From: Candidatus Cloacimonadota bacterium
GTDB taxonomy: Bacteria; Muiribacteriota; UBA6191
Direction: 5' to 3'
Length of the DNA stretch: 44,144 bases
Assembly (NCBI GenBank): GCA_023954715.1
Contig: JAGSHD010000001.1
Coordinates: 556,468 to 600,611, forward strand
The number at the start of each line of letters is the position of its first letter. Position 1 is the stretch's first letter. The notes below the pieces were generated by a model, which made no database searches, had not been told where the DNA came from, and was given only the letters and a program-made list of their open reading frames with translations. Positions 1 to 8,214 of the stretch are shown piece by piece. Both the position numbers and the translations under genes were made by a program.

Positions 1-750
1 CTCAGGTAATCTACTCTTAGGATAAAAACAGACCAAAGGACTGGGTTTTTCAAAATTTTTGCTTTTTTTCAAAGAAATTGAAATCTTTATTTGTGGTAGC
101 TCTTCAATGGCTTCCAGATGAATCGATTGAAAACTAAAATCCCAGTCTATAACTTTGAATACACTTTCAAAATTTAGATCTTGGACACTTAAAATTGACC
201 GATCAACGATAAATCGAATCTGTGAATCTCTCGACCATATAATAGAGCAAGGATGAAACTTTTTCCAAGGCATGAATGTATCATAGTCATCCTTCCAAAA
301 TACTTTGGCTCCATAACTTTCTTGGGCTGAATAAAACAAGTATTGAGTACAATCTGTAACTTTCAACAACACTTCGCCTTCATCTAGCTTCAACATTTCA
401 ATATCGAAACACTCTAATTTAAAAGCTGCCAGTAAAAAATCCCTTAAAAAGTTTTCATACAATATTACGTACAAAATCTCTGGATTTTTTGTATATTCGT
501 CTAACTGATACAGTGACCACAACGGACTTTTTACAAAGTTTTTAGGTTTTTCATTTATATCAACAACTTCTATGCCATTTTCAATAAATAATGAGCTTTC
601 ATACTCACTATAAACCTTGTTTTCAAGACAAAAATCCAAACCCTCACGAGAGCTATATACCTCTTGTACTAATAGTTTAGGACAAGAGTGCATCCATCGT
701 AAAAGATAGGACTTAAGATAAGTCTCTTTTTCAAATTGAATCTGTTTCAT
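1..750 (-). CDS. hypothetical protein, 3' end truncated by the window edge (at least 250 aa)
   Basis: I translated the minus strand by hand from the ATG at 750..748 (MKQIQFEKETYLKSYLLRWMHSCPKLL...) and it stays open to position 1. It is absent from the supplied ORF track only because no stop lies inside the window. It sits 28 bp downstream of the 88-aa ORF on the same strand. No recognisable domain. Confidence 0.5.
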   Translation of the reverse strand, partial: MKQIQFEKETYLKSYLLRWMHSCPKLLVQEVYSSREGLDFCLENKVYSEYESSLFIENGIEVVDINEKPKNFVKSPLWSLYQLDEYTKNPEILYVILYENFLRDFLLAAFKLECFDIEMLKLDEGEVLLKVTDCTQYLFYSAQESYGAKVFWKDDYDTFMPWKKFHPCSIIWSRDSQIRFIVDRSILSVQDLNFESVFKVIDWDFSFQSIHLEAIEELPQIKISISLKKSKNFEKPSPLVCFYPKSRLPE

Positions 751-778
751 AGTTTCACTTTACACAATGATAAATCTA

Positions 779-1045
779 CTATCTTTGTATGATTGTCTTA
801 CGCTCCGCCTGGGCTTCTTCTACTTTTACATCATCACTTTGTATCTGGACGGGTTGCCTATTAAGCTGGATACCATCTATATCAGACAAATTCAATCCAT
901 TAGACTCTAAAATTTTGTTTACTAACTCTTTGTGATCTTCTTCGTGTTCAAAGGGTAATGCGTCGCCATCTGATTCATAGTCAATCAGTAGTTCTTGCTT
1001 TCCGTTTGTTGTATTTTTTTTTAATGTTAGGGTTATCTTTGACAT
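779..1045 (-). CDS. small acidic protein (88 aa), unknown function, translationally coupled to the upstream FtsH-like gene
   Basis: Its start codon overlaps the stop of the protease gene (TAATG at 1043..1047 on the minus strand). It is D/E-rich (DYESDGDALPFEHEEDHKE) with no TM segment and no motif I recognise. Confidence 0.5.
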   Translation of the reverse strand: MSKITLTLKKNTTNGKQELLIDYESDGDALPFEHEEDHKELVNKILESNGLNLSDIDGIQLNRQPVQIQSDDVKVEEAQAERKTIIQR

Positions 1046-3114
1046 TATGCCCCCTCTTGTCCTTGAAACAGTTTTTCAATATCAACTCTTTCAAGAGTTT
1101 CCTTGAGTATTAATTCTTCTTTTAGTTTATGTAGCATGTCTAATCTTGACTCTAATATTTGACGTGCTTTTTTCTTAGCTCTATCTAAAATCTCATCGAT
1201 TGCTCGATCTCTTTTATTTAAAATGTCAGTGGACATGTTTTTATCATCCACCACTCTTACCCCAAAGGCTTCTGACATTCCTAGTACAGACACCATTTCT
1301 TCTACTAACTTATTTGCTCGATAGATGTCATTTTGTGATCCAATACTCACATCTTTAAAGACCAAGGATTCGGCCTCTCTACCACCCATAAAAACGATCA
1401 AATCAGCTAATAACTGTTTTTTAGTAATGACATATTTATTTTTACGACCAACGTGCTGCACATATCCCAAAGCATCGGTATAGTCAGAATTAATGGAAAT
1501 CCTTTCTACATCAGTACTTTCTTTGATGCTTAAAGCCACAAGTGCATGGCCTGCTTCATGGTAGGCTACTACTTCTTTTTCTTCTGCATTTAAAACTACT
1601 TTGGTTTTTCCGCCATGCATAGCATCATATAGGTCTTTATCAGTAAATTCATTACGATTTTCTCTGAGTTGAACTCTTTTTAAGTAGCGCATGATTGCAT
1701 TTAAATGATCACCCGTATATTGACTCCCTGTCATAGCGTCAGTAGTTTCACCTGTTTTTCTTGTTAAGAAATCAAGCTGTCTATCATCTAATCCTAACTT
1801 CATTTTTTGATTGTACAAAGTTAAAACTGCTGCCCGATCTGTCTTATCAGGAAAAGGAATCTCTACTTTTAACTCAAAACGACCTGGACGTAAAAGTGCT
1901 GGATCTAGAGAACTTACAAAGTTAGTTGTCCCTACTATAAATACAAGCTCTTCTTTTCTGAATCCATCCATCTCAGTTAACAGCTGGTTTACCATAGAAT
2001 GATTCACTTCTGTTGAAGACCCACTATCTCTTGCACCAGCAAAAGAGTCTAACTCATCAAACACAATAATAGAAGGAGCCGATTGTCGAGCCTTGAAAAA
2101 TACTTTTCGGATGTTTTCTTCACTTTGCCCAACCCACATAGACTTCAACTCTGGTCCAGACACAATAATTATTGAAGCATTTAATGAAGTAGCCATCGCC
2201 TTGGCAAAAAATGTTTTACCTGTTCCGGGAGGACCATGAAAAATCAATCCTTTAGGAATAATAGCATCTATTTCTTTTAACTCATCTTCATCGCTTATCT
2301 CAGCCCGACGTTTTAAAATCTCTAAAATTTCTGACCCTAGCTTTTCTTTTACTTGCCCATATCCCCCAATGTCTTTTTGCATATCTACTAGAGGGATTTC
2401 CATGTCACTAGCAATGGACATTTCTCGTATCTGCGAAATTACCTTACCACTATCTTCAGGAAAATCGATCCCATCCAATCTTTGTAAAATTTGTCTTAGG
2501 CGAACCGGATTTAAACCAGAAACATATTGATATAAACTTTGAAAATTAAATGCTGGTGGAAATTTTCTAGCTTCTCTTTGAAGAATTAATCCATCCAAAC
2601 ATTTTCTATCTATTCCAAGTAGCTGCTTTTTAGCAGGAAATAGGTTTTCAATTACTTTTGAAAATGCAAAATACGGATCTTTAAAGGCCAAAAATACAAT
2701 ACGGGGGTTTTCATACAGTAGAGGTAAAATCTCTCTTGCCTCAGTAGTCAAACCTTCATTAGCAGAGTTGCTAACCAACAAATCTAAATGAGGCAATACT
2801 AAGACTTTATCCTCACTAGAGTTTCGCACCCAATGAGTAATTTGTAAAATCATGTTTCTTAGAACACTACCACTATCTTGAGCTCCTTCTGGAATTGCTC
2901 TGCCATCGAGAAACTCTAAGGTATACCCTTGATTTTTTAACTTAGTTCGTACGCACATATACAACCAAGGTATCAATTGTTTTTCGCACTCTAACAAAAC
3001 TGATACACCAGAAGACAGCTTTTGTACTGTCCATGCTATCTCACTGTTATAAGCGTATTCTAGGGCTTGTTTTTCTGATATTTCATTTGGAAGATTTTCA
3101 ATTTGAATTGTCAT
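1045..3114 (-). CDS. FtsH-like AAA+ ATPase / M41 zinc metalloprotease lacking transmembrane helices, with a ~285-aa N-terminal domain of unknown type
   Basis: Walker A GPPGTGKT, Walker B IIVFDELDS, second region of homology LLRPGRFELKV, zinc motif HEAGHALV. The downstream segment MGGREAESLVF...GSQNDIYRANKLVEEMVSVLGMSE is typical of the FtsH peptidase domain. The N-terminal 285 aa are hydrophilic (no TM) and carry no motif I recognise. Confidence 0.85.
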   Translation of the reverse strand: MTIQIENLPNEISEKQALEYAYNSEIAWTVQKLSSGVSVLLECEKQLIPWLYMCVRTKLKNQGYTLEFLDGRAIPEGAQDSGSVLRNMILQITHWVRNSSEDKVLVLPHLDLLVSNSANEGLTTEAREILPLLYENPRIVFLAFKDPYFAFSKVIENLFPAKKQLLGIDRKCLDGLILQREARKFPPAFNFQSLYQYVSGLNPVRLRQILQRLDGIDFPEDSGKVISQIREMSIASDMEIPLVDMQKDIGGYGQVKEKLGSEILEILKRRAEISDEDELKEIDAIIPKGLIFHGPPGTGKTFFAKAMATSLNASIIIVSGPELKSMWVGQSEENIRKVFFKARQSAPSIIVFDELDSFAGARDSGSSTEVNHSMVNQLLTEMDGFRKEELVFIVGTTNFVSSLDPALLRPGRFELKVEIPFPDKTDRAAVLTLYNQKMKLGLDDRQLDFLTRKTGETTDAMTGSQYTGDHLNAIMRYLKRVQLRENRNEFTDKDLYDAMHGGKTKVVLNAEEKEVVAYHEAGHALVALSIKESTDVERISINSDYTDALGYVQHVGRKNKYVITKKQLLADLIVFMGGREAESLVFKDVSIGSQNDIYRANKLVEEMVSVLGMSEAFGVRVVDDKNMSTDILNKRDRAIDEILDRAKKKARQILESRLDMLHKLKEELILKETLERVDIEKLFQGQEGA

Positions 3115-3200
3115 ATATCTTGACCTTTAATCTTAAGAATTCTAAAAGTTTATATTGATTGAGCTAATAAAAAGCTCTTTAAGGAAGCAATATGTATAAA

Positions 3201-3779
3201 TTATATCTTAACAATGATTTTAACTTCACCATTTTCTTTATCTTCAGCAATAGATTCAATCTCACCGATATTTCTTGCCTTCTTTTTTAAAGCTTCTATT
3301 TGTACAACCTCTACTAAGTCTTGAAACAATCCTTCAATCTCATCCAATTTTGGCTCGATTTCTTGTTCTAGTTTATTCTTGGCTGCTTTTTCATAATCTT
3401 TGGCTTCAGTTGATTCTTGTATAAACTTTTCTTTGGCTCTTTCTATGGCACTAGTAATCAAAGGTTCATCACTATACCCTGGATTGTATCCTGATATTTC
3501 TATAGTTTCTTCTCGTTCGAAAGTCTTTTCATCGTCATACTCAATGGACAGTAGCATAGACTCTTCATCGTATTCAATAGTCCAATTTCCATCTTGTTTT
3601 TGATGCACATTGCCTGATTTAGACCAATCATTTTCTTTGGCCAGCTCTTCTGATAAAAGTTTTGCCATTTCAACTTGGGGTAAAATAGGGAGAGTTTCAA
3701 TCAGTGACTTCCATTCTTCATTTACTTTGACTGTATTTCTGATGGTTTCTTTTCTAGATATTCTATATGTATGACTCAT
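3201..3779 (-). CDS. hypothetical acidic protein (192 aa, no Cys)
   Basis: ORF whose start overlaps the stop of the upstream 352-aa ORF by 4 nt (ATGA). E/K-rich, likely coiled-coil C-terminal half. No recognisable domain. Confidence 0.55.
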   Translation of the reverse strand: MSHTYRISRKETIRNTVKVNEEWKSLIETLPILPQVEMAKLLSEELAKENDWSKSGNVHQKQDGNWTIEYDEESMLLSIEYDDEKTFEREETIEISGYNPGYSDEPLITSAIERAKEKFIQESTEAKDYEKAAKNKLEQEIEPKLDEIEGLFQDLVEVVQIEALKKKARNIGEIESIAEDKENGEVKIIVKI

Positions 3780-4834
3780 TTTCTTACCTCGTTTGTTGCC
3801 ATATATTCAAGTTGTTTGTCGTAGATTTCTAATACAGGGTCTACTCTTTTTACTATCAGTCTTTGAAGTTTTTCAGCAATTTTAAAGTTTTCTTCAACGA
3901 AACCAATACTTTGCATTTCGCGTTTGACCTCAAGTATTTTATTTAGAAACTTCTGAAATGAAGACCTTATCTCAAGAATGACACCATATACATGTTTCTC
4001 TTCTAATGATTCAAAAGATTTCATTTCTAGATATCTATTTTTATTTAATAGTCCATTTTGTGAAATTCGATAAAATATCTCAATAGGAAGATAAAACAAA
4101 CTCCAAACTTCGTCTTTTATTCCTATAGAACACAACTCTATCAACTTTTGCAATACTAAACCAATTTCTTGCTGAACTACTTCATAATTTTTCAAATGAA
4201 ATTCAGACTCCCATTGCACAAAACTTTCTACATAATAATCTGTAGAAGCTATCATATAATATTGCTCTGCACTGCTTAACTCATTCCATCTAGGCATAAT
4301 TGATAGCGTATGGTATGAAAAATTAAAGGATGATAGAGGCATAGATTTATACAACTCGCTAAAGCGACTCATGAAAGCACGTTTTTTTGTATCTAAAGTC
4401 TTTCTAAACATTAAGTCTAAAAACACTTTTTCTGATCCAGAAAGTTTTCGATCAAACAGGTAACTAGAGTTTTCGTATTCTTCTTCATACCAAAGTTGCT
4501 GAATATCTCTTAAAACCATTAAAAAGTTTATACTAATCTTATACTCAGCTTCTAAGTCCCAAAATCTACAAAACTCTGCTATTGTACTCGTTTTATAAAC
4601 TCTGTTTTGCCAAGCTGAAGGCATGACTACATCATTCATAATCCAATTTTTTAATATTGAGTTTAGAACCTCTAAGCCACGGCTAGAAAACTTAAAACCT
4701 CTTGGAAACGATACTGGAGGAAAATAAGAAAATGCTGCTCCAATATCTCCATTTTTGATGCGAGTAAGAAAACTTAACAAATAATAATCATTGGCTGGTA
4801 ACAAGTTTTTTTTGCCAATATTCAAATGCGTCAT
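3776..4834 (-). CDS. hypothetical protein (352 aa)
   Basis: Long ORF with 4-nt ATGA overlaps to both neighbours (radical SAM gene upstream, 192-aa ORF downstream). No motif I recognise. Confidence 0.6.
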   Translation of the reverse strand: MTHLNIGKKNLLPANDYYLLSFLTRIKNGDIGAAFSYFPPVSFPRGFKFSSRGLEVLNSILKNWIMNDVVMPSAWQNRVYKTSTIAEFCRFWDLEAEYKISINFLMVLRDIQQLWYEEEYENSSYLFDRKLSGSEKVFLDLMFRKTLDTKKRAFMSRFSELYKSMPLSSFNFSYHTLSIMPRWNELSSAEQYYMIASTDYYVESFVQWESEFHLKNYEVVQQEIGLVLQKLIELCSIGIKDEVWSLFYLPIEIFYRISQNGLLNKNRYLEMKSFESLEEKHVYGVILEIRSSFQKFLNKILEVKREMQSIGFVEENFKIAEKLQRLIVKRVDPVLEIYDKQLEYMATNEVRK

Positions 4835-5412
4835 TTTTTAACTCGCTTCAAGTTTAAAACAGGAAAACCATGAACGCTTAAAGAGTTTCGTTTTAAAACA
4901 AGCTCTACTTGATTTCCTTTTTGAAACTCATCCATTTGATCTTGATAACGGTTCGTTAAAAAATGAATATTTTGGTTACTAGAACCCACCCATCGTCTAC
5001 TTGTTTGTCTTTGCGATGGAAGATATGGACCATCAACTAATAAATCCACAAATTGTAAAACCCTAGCCTTAATAGGATCCTTTTCAATTTCACTTAGATA
5101 ATATCCACTATAGAGCATAACACCAAGGTTTTCAGATTGTATAGCACTAAGGAGTTTGACTAATTCTTCGCTTTGGTCTAAAGGTTCACCACCTAACAGA
5201 CTAATCCCCTCGATATTATGAGTGTGTTTAGAGTTTTGGATGTTTAATTTTAAATTTTCAATGGAGGTTTGGGTGCCATTAGACCTGTTAAAAAGATGGG
5301 GATTACAACAATCTTCGCATCGAATACTACAACCGCTCAACCATAACGCATATCGCTTAAATGGTCCTTCGACTATTGTATGTTCTTTGATATCACCAAT
5401 ATATAAGCCCAC
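4831..5412 (-). CDS. radical SAM activating enzyme, NrdG/PflA (glycyl-radical-enzyme activase) family
   Basis: N-terminal LSGCSIRCEDCCNPHL fits the CX3CX2C cluster motif, flanked as in E. coli NrdG (SGCVHECPGCYNKSTW). GISLLGGEPLDQ matches the NrdG GISLSGGDPL SAM-binding motif. The size (193 aa) is typical of this small-activase subfamily. Confidence 0.8.
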   Translation of the reverse strand: MGLYIGDIKEHTIVEGPFKRYALWLSGCSIRCEDCCNPHLFNRSNGTQTSIENLKLNIQNSKHTHNIEGISLLGGEPLDQSEELVKLLSAIQSENLGVMLYSGYYLSEIEKDPIKARVLQFVDLLVDGPYLPSQRQTSRRWVGSSNQNIHFLTNRYQDQMDEFQKGNQVELVLKRNSLSVHGFPVLNLKRVKK

Positions 5413-5430
5413 TTTGGATGCCTACTTTGT

Positions 5431-5583
5431 TTATTCGGTACCGTACATCTGCTCATAAAGTGGTCTAGACAATGGTTTGAAAAAGGAAACTGCTATACAA
5501 CAAACACTAGCTAAAATTAATATTACCGCTAATAATGATAAAAGTTTATCCAAACCATCTGGTTCTACTCTTTTTGATCCCAT
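5431..5583 (-). CDS. possible small single-TM protein (50 aa): MGSKRVEPDGLDKLLSLLAVILILASVCCIAVSFFKPLSRPLYEQMYGTE
   Basis: Manual translation of the minus strand upstream of the radical SAM gene, below the ORF-track size cutoff. It has a hydrophobic core of about 20 residues. No strong RBS. Confidence 0.2.
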   Translation of the reverse strand: MGSKRVEPDGLDKLLSLLAVILILASVCCIAVSFFKPLSRPLYEQMYGTE

Positions 5584-5817
5584 ACATCCCACTTTTATAC
5601 TATATGTTTTGAGTGAAGCCCTACAAAAAATATTATAAATTGATTCATTTTGTAAATGAAATATACCTAATTGTACATTAATTTACAATCTAAAGCTTCA
5701 CTAATGACAGATCTGAACACAGCTTATTCAATTGAACTCTTTTTGCAAAGTTAAATTTATCTTTAACATATTCAAATACTGCTAGACCTAAAAAGGCTCT
5801 GATAGACTAAATAAATC

Positions 5818-6825
5818 TTATGAAATCTCTTGGATCAAATGTAAAATCATTTGTTTTGGTGCAATCCCGATCTGGGATAACAAAACCGGAAACATAGAAA
5901 TCGGTGTCATTCCTGGCAGAGTATTTACCTCATTAATATATATTTTATCATTCTCTAAAAAGAAGTCAACTCGTGCAAATCCCCTTCCCCCAAGGGTTTT
6001 AACAACATTGATTGCAGTAGTTTGAATCATTGTGTTTATGTGAGGAGATAACTCTACAATGGAGGCTTTAGACTCTTCTGATTTGTATTTTGCTTCATAA
6101 CTATAAAAGGAGTCATTAAAAGTGAGTTCTCCAATGGAAGATGCGCGCCACTCACCACCAATTTCAATTACTGCACATTCAATTTCTCTCCCAATACATT
6201 CGGGTTCTATCAATACCTTATTATCATGTATAAAAACATCATTCATGGCTTGAGTAAAGTCATCCGTAGGCTCAACCCTTTGCACGCCAACTGATGAACC
6301 CTGTCTACTAGGTTTTATAAAAATAGTCTGGTTTGCAAAAGGTCTTTTTAAGTCATCTCCTTTGCTAAACCATTGATAATCTAAAACGGGATAGCCTTTA
6401 TCTTGCAAAACTAATTTAGATAAAACCTTATCAAAAGTAAGTACTGAACTCTTAGCATCAAATCCTGCATATTTTATATTCAAACATTCAAATAGATGTA
6501 AAATTTTACCATCTTCACAAGATAAACCATGAACCATTGGTAATACATCAAAAGATGCATAGCCATTTTCTAGACAAGCTTCTTTAATACATCCCACCGA
6601 ATACCTTTTACCCTGCCCATTATATTCTAATAATGTACCTTGTCCTTGACAAAAGCTATAGTCATTGTAAACAGATATCGTAAAATCTTTATGTAAATAA
6701 ATTATAAAAGGGTCAGCATAGTCTCTAGGAAAGTTTTCATAGATAAATCGTCCTGAACTCAAAGAAATAGGCGCCTCCATTCCGGTACCACCCACTAAGA
6801 TGGCTATGTTTTTATCTGTGCTCAT
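5818..6825 (-). CDS. ddl: D-alanine--D-alanine ligase
   Basis: ATP-grasp protein whose C-terminus EVNTLPGMTPISMFPVLL matches the Ddl signature (E. coli RFLEANTSPGMTSHSLVP). I moved the start to the internal Met (MSTDKNIAILVGG) because a perfect AGGAG lies 4 nt upstream of ATG 6825..6823. The track ORF (to 6912) has a 29-aa extension that looks spurious. Confidence 0.85.
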   Translation of the reverse strand: MSTDKNIAILVGGTGMEAPISLSSGRFIYENFPRDYADPFIIYLHKDFTISVYNDYSFCQGQGTLLEYNGQGKRYSVGCIKEACLENGYASFDVLPMVHGLSCEDGKILHLFECLNIKYAGFDAKSSVLTFDKVLSKLVLQDKGYPVLDYQWFSKGDDLKRPFANQTIFIKPSRQGSSVGVQRVEPTDDFTQAMNDVFIHDNKVLIEPECIGREIECAVIEIGGEWRASSIGELTFNDSFYSYEAKYKSEESKASIVELSPHINTMIQTTAINVVKTLGGRGFARVDFFLENDKIYINEVNTLPGMTPISMFPVLLSQIGIAPKQMILHLIQEIS

Positions 6826-7036
6826 ATTTCTCCTAAAAGAAAAATTTAATCGAAAATATCTTAAATTCTCTCGAAACCATTTTAACTTGTTAAAATTCAA
6901 AGTATACTCCATAATATCGGTTAAAATTAGTTACGATTTTAAAGATAACAATAAATTGAATCTATCTTTTAATGAGTTACATAGTTTATGCTCGAATTGT
7001 TACTGTATATTTCTTTTTGTCTATAAACCTTTAATT

Positions 7037-7768
7037 ATGATTCAAAATAACAAAATTCTAAATATCGCCCATAGGGGCTCTTCATTAGTTTGTCCAGAAA
7101 ACACCATTGCAAGCTTTCAAGCTGCCACTTTAGAAGGTAGTGATTATTTAGAAATTGATGTGCGACTTACTAAAGACAAACAAGTTATTATCATGCACGA
7201 TCGTAAAATAAATCGTACCTCAAATCAAAAAGGCAGAATCCGAAAATACACCTTAGAGCAATTAAAACGTCTCGATATAGGCTCTTGGTTTCATAGTGAC
7301 TTTAAAGACCAACGGATATCAACTCTTGAAGAGATTTTAGACTTGTTTGATACCCAAGGTATTATTGTAGATGTAAAAGAGCTAGCCATTGAAAAATATG
7401 TAGTAAGTATCTTAGAGCAATATGCTCATCGAGATATTATCATTTCATCGTTTCATTGGGTTATACTCAAAAAGTTTAAAAAACTAAACCCTAAACTTAA
7501 CTTAGCCATTTTAATTCCACGAAAATTTGGTTGGAGACGAAAGTTTAAAAAAGCAAAAAAGCTTCAATTGTACTCCATTCATATTGAGCAAAGTATTTTA
7601 AATCAAGATATGGTAAATACGGCACACACACTAGGCTTAAAAATCATTCCGTGGAGTTCAAAATATATGCATGAAGGCAGACTTCGCCAAGTTTTATCCT
7701 ATCAACCCGATGGCCTAATTAATGATTATCCTCAAGTTGTTCATAAGCATCTTCACTCTATCAAATGA
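7037..7768 (+). CDS. glycerophosphodiester phosphodiesterase (GDPD, UgpQ-like, cytoplasmic)
   Basis: NIAHRGSS near the N-terminus is the GDPD catalytic His-Arg motif (cf. UgpQ IVAHRGGG). I trimmed the start to the first in-frame ATG (MIQNNKILNIAHRG) because the track ORF runs across the ddl start on the other strand. Confidence 0.75.
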   Translation: MIQNNKILNIAHRGSSLVCPENTIASFQAATLEGSDYLEIDVRLTKDKQVIIMHDRKINRTSNQKGRIRKYTLEQLKRLDIGSWFHSDFKDQRISTLEEILDLFDTQGIIVDVKELAIEKYVVSILEQYAHRDIIISSFHWVILKKFKKLNPKLNLAILIPRKFGWRRKFKKAKKLQLYSIHIEQSILNQDMVNTAHTLGLKIIPWSSKYMHEGRLRQVLSYQPDGLINDYPQVVHKHLHSIK

Positions 7769-8214
7769 AATCTCCAAAGCCATCAATTGTTTCTGAGACA
7801 AGCGCATCCCCTACAAACACTTATGCCAAAGTAGCTTTGTTTTTATTTGTAGTCTTTTTAGTTTGGACAATAACTATAGCCAACAACGGATCAGGCTCCA
7901 CTTATTTTTCATTTTTAAAATATATACCTGGCGGAGACAAGACAGGCCACTTCGTTCTGATGGGAAGTTTTTGTTTTTTAGCAAACTGTGCCATCGGTAA
8001 AAAGGTTTTCAATCTCTTCTTTGCAGAGATTTTAAAAGGAACACTAATTGTATTTTTGATTGTACTTTTTGAAGAGTGCTCCCAATACTTCATCAAATCA
8101 AGAACCTTTGATTTGCAAGATCTAGGAGCCGATATTTTAGGTATAATAGTGTTTGATCTTTTATATCGTACCCTTTGCTACAAAAAAATCATTCATAATG
8201 AAATAACAAAATAA
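7765..8214 (+). CDS. VanZ-like membrane protein
   Basis: Small multi-TM protein with a GDKTGHF motif characteristic of the VanZ family. ATGA overlap with the GDPD gene. Confidence 0.55.
   Translation: MKSPKPSIVSETSASPTNTYAKVALFLFVVFLVWTITIANNGSGSTYFSFLKYIPGGDKTGHFVLMGSFCFLANCAIGKKVFNLFFAEILKGTLIVFLIVLFEECSQYFIKSRTFDLQDLGADILGIIVFDLLYRTLCYKKIIHNEITK

Noticed and set aside
1014-1022. A9 homopolymer inside the 88-aa ORF, and similar A-runs inside rpsR, as possible phase-variation tracts.
   Set aside because: Runs of this length are expected by chance at about 33 percent GC and encode ordinary Lys/Asn codons. There is no sign of an alternative frame that would be rescued by slippage.
3470-3520. 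EISGYNP in the 192-aa protein, resembling the glycyl-radical RVSGY motif. This would pair nicely with the neighbouring activase.
   Set aside because: The essential Arg at -3 is Glu and the +3 position is Pro. The motif is mid-protein, not C-terminal, and the protein is far too small and acidic to be a glycyl radical enzyme fold. I treat it as coincidence unless a structure search says otherwise.
6826-7036. Long N-terminal extensions of ddl (track ORF to 6912) and of the GDPD gene (track start 6800) that would make the two divergent genes overlap by about 110 bp.
   Set aside because: ddl has a perfect AGGAG-N4-ATG at 6825 and the homology starts right there. The GDPD family motif begins six residues after the Met at 7037. 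The extensions have no homology and are mutually exclusive.
8193-8214. 22-bp convergent overlap between the VanZ-like gene end and the FKBP gene end.
   Set aside because: Short convergent overlaps of stop-proximal codons are common. There is no evidence of a frameshift or a fused gene.
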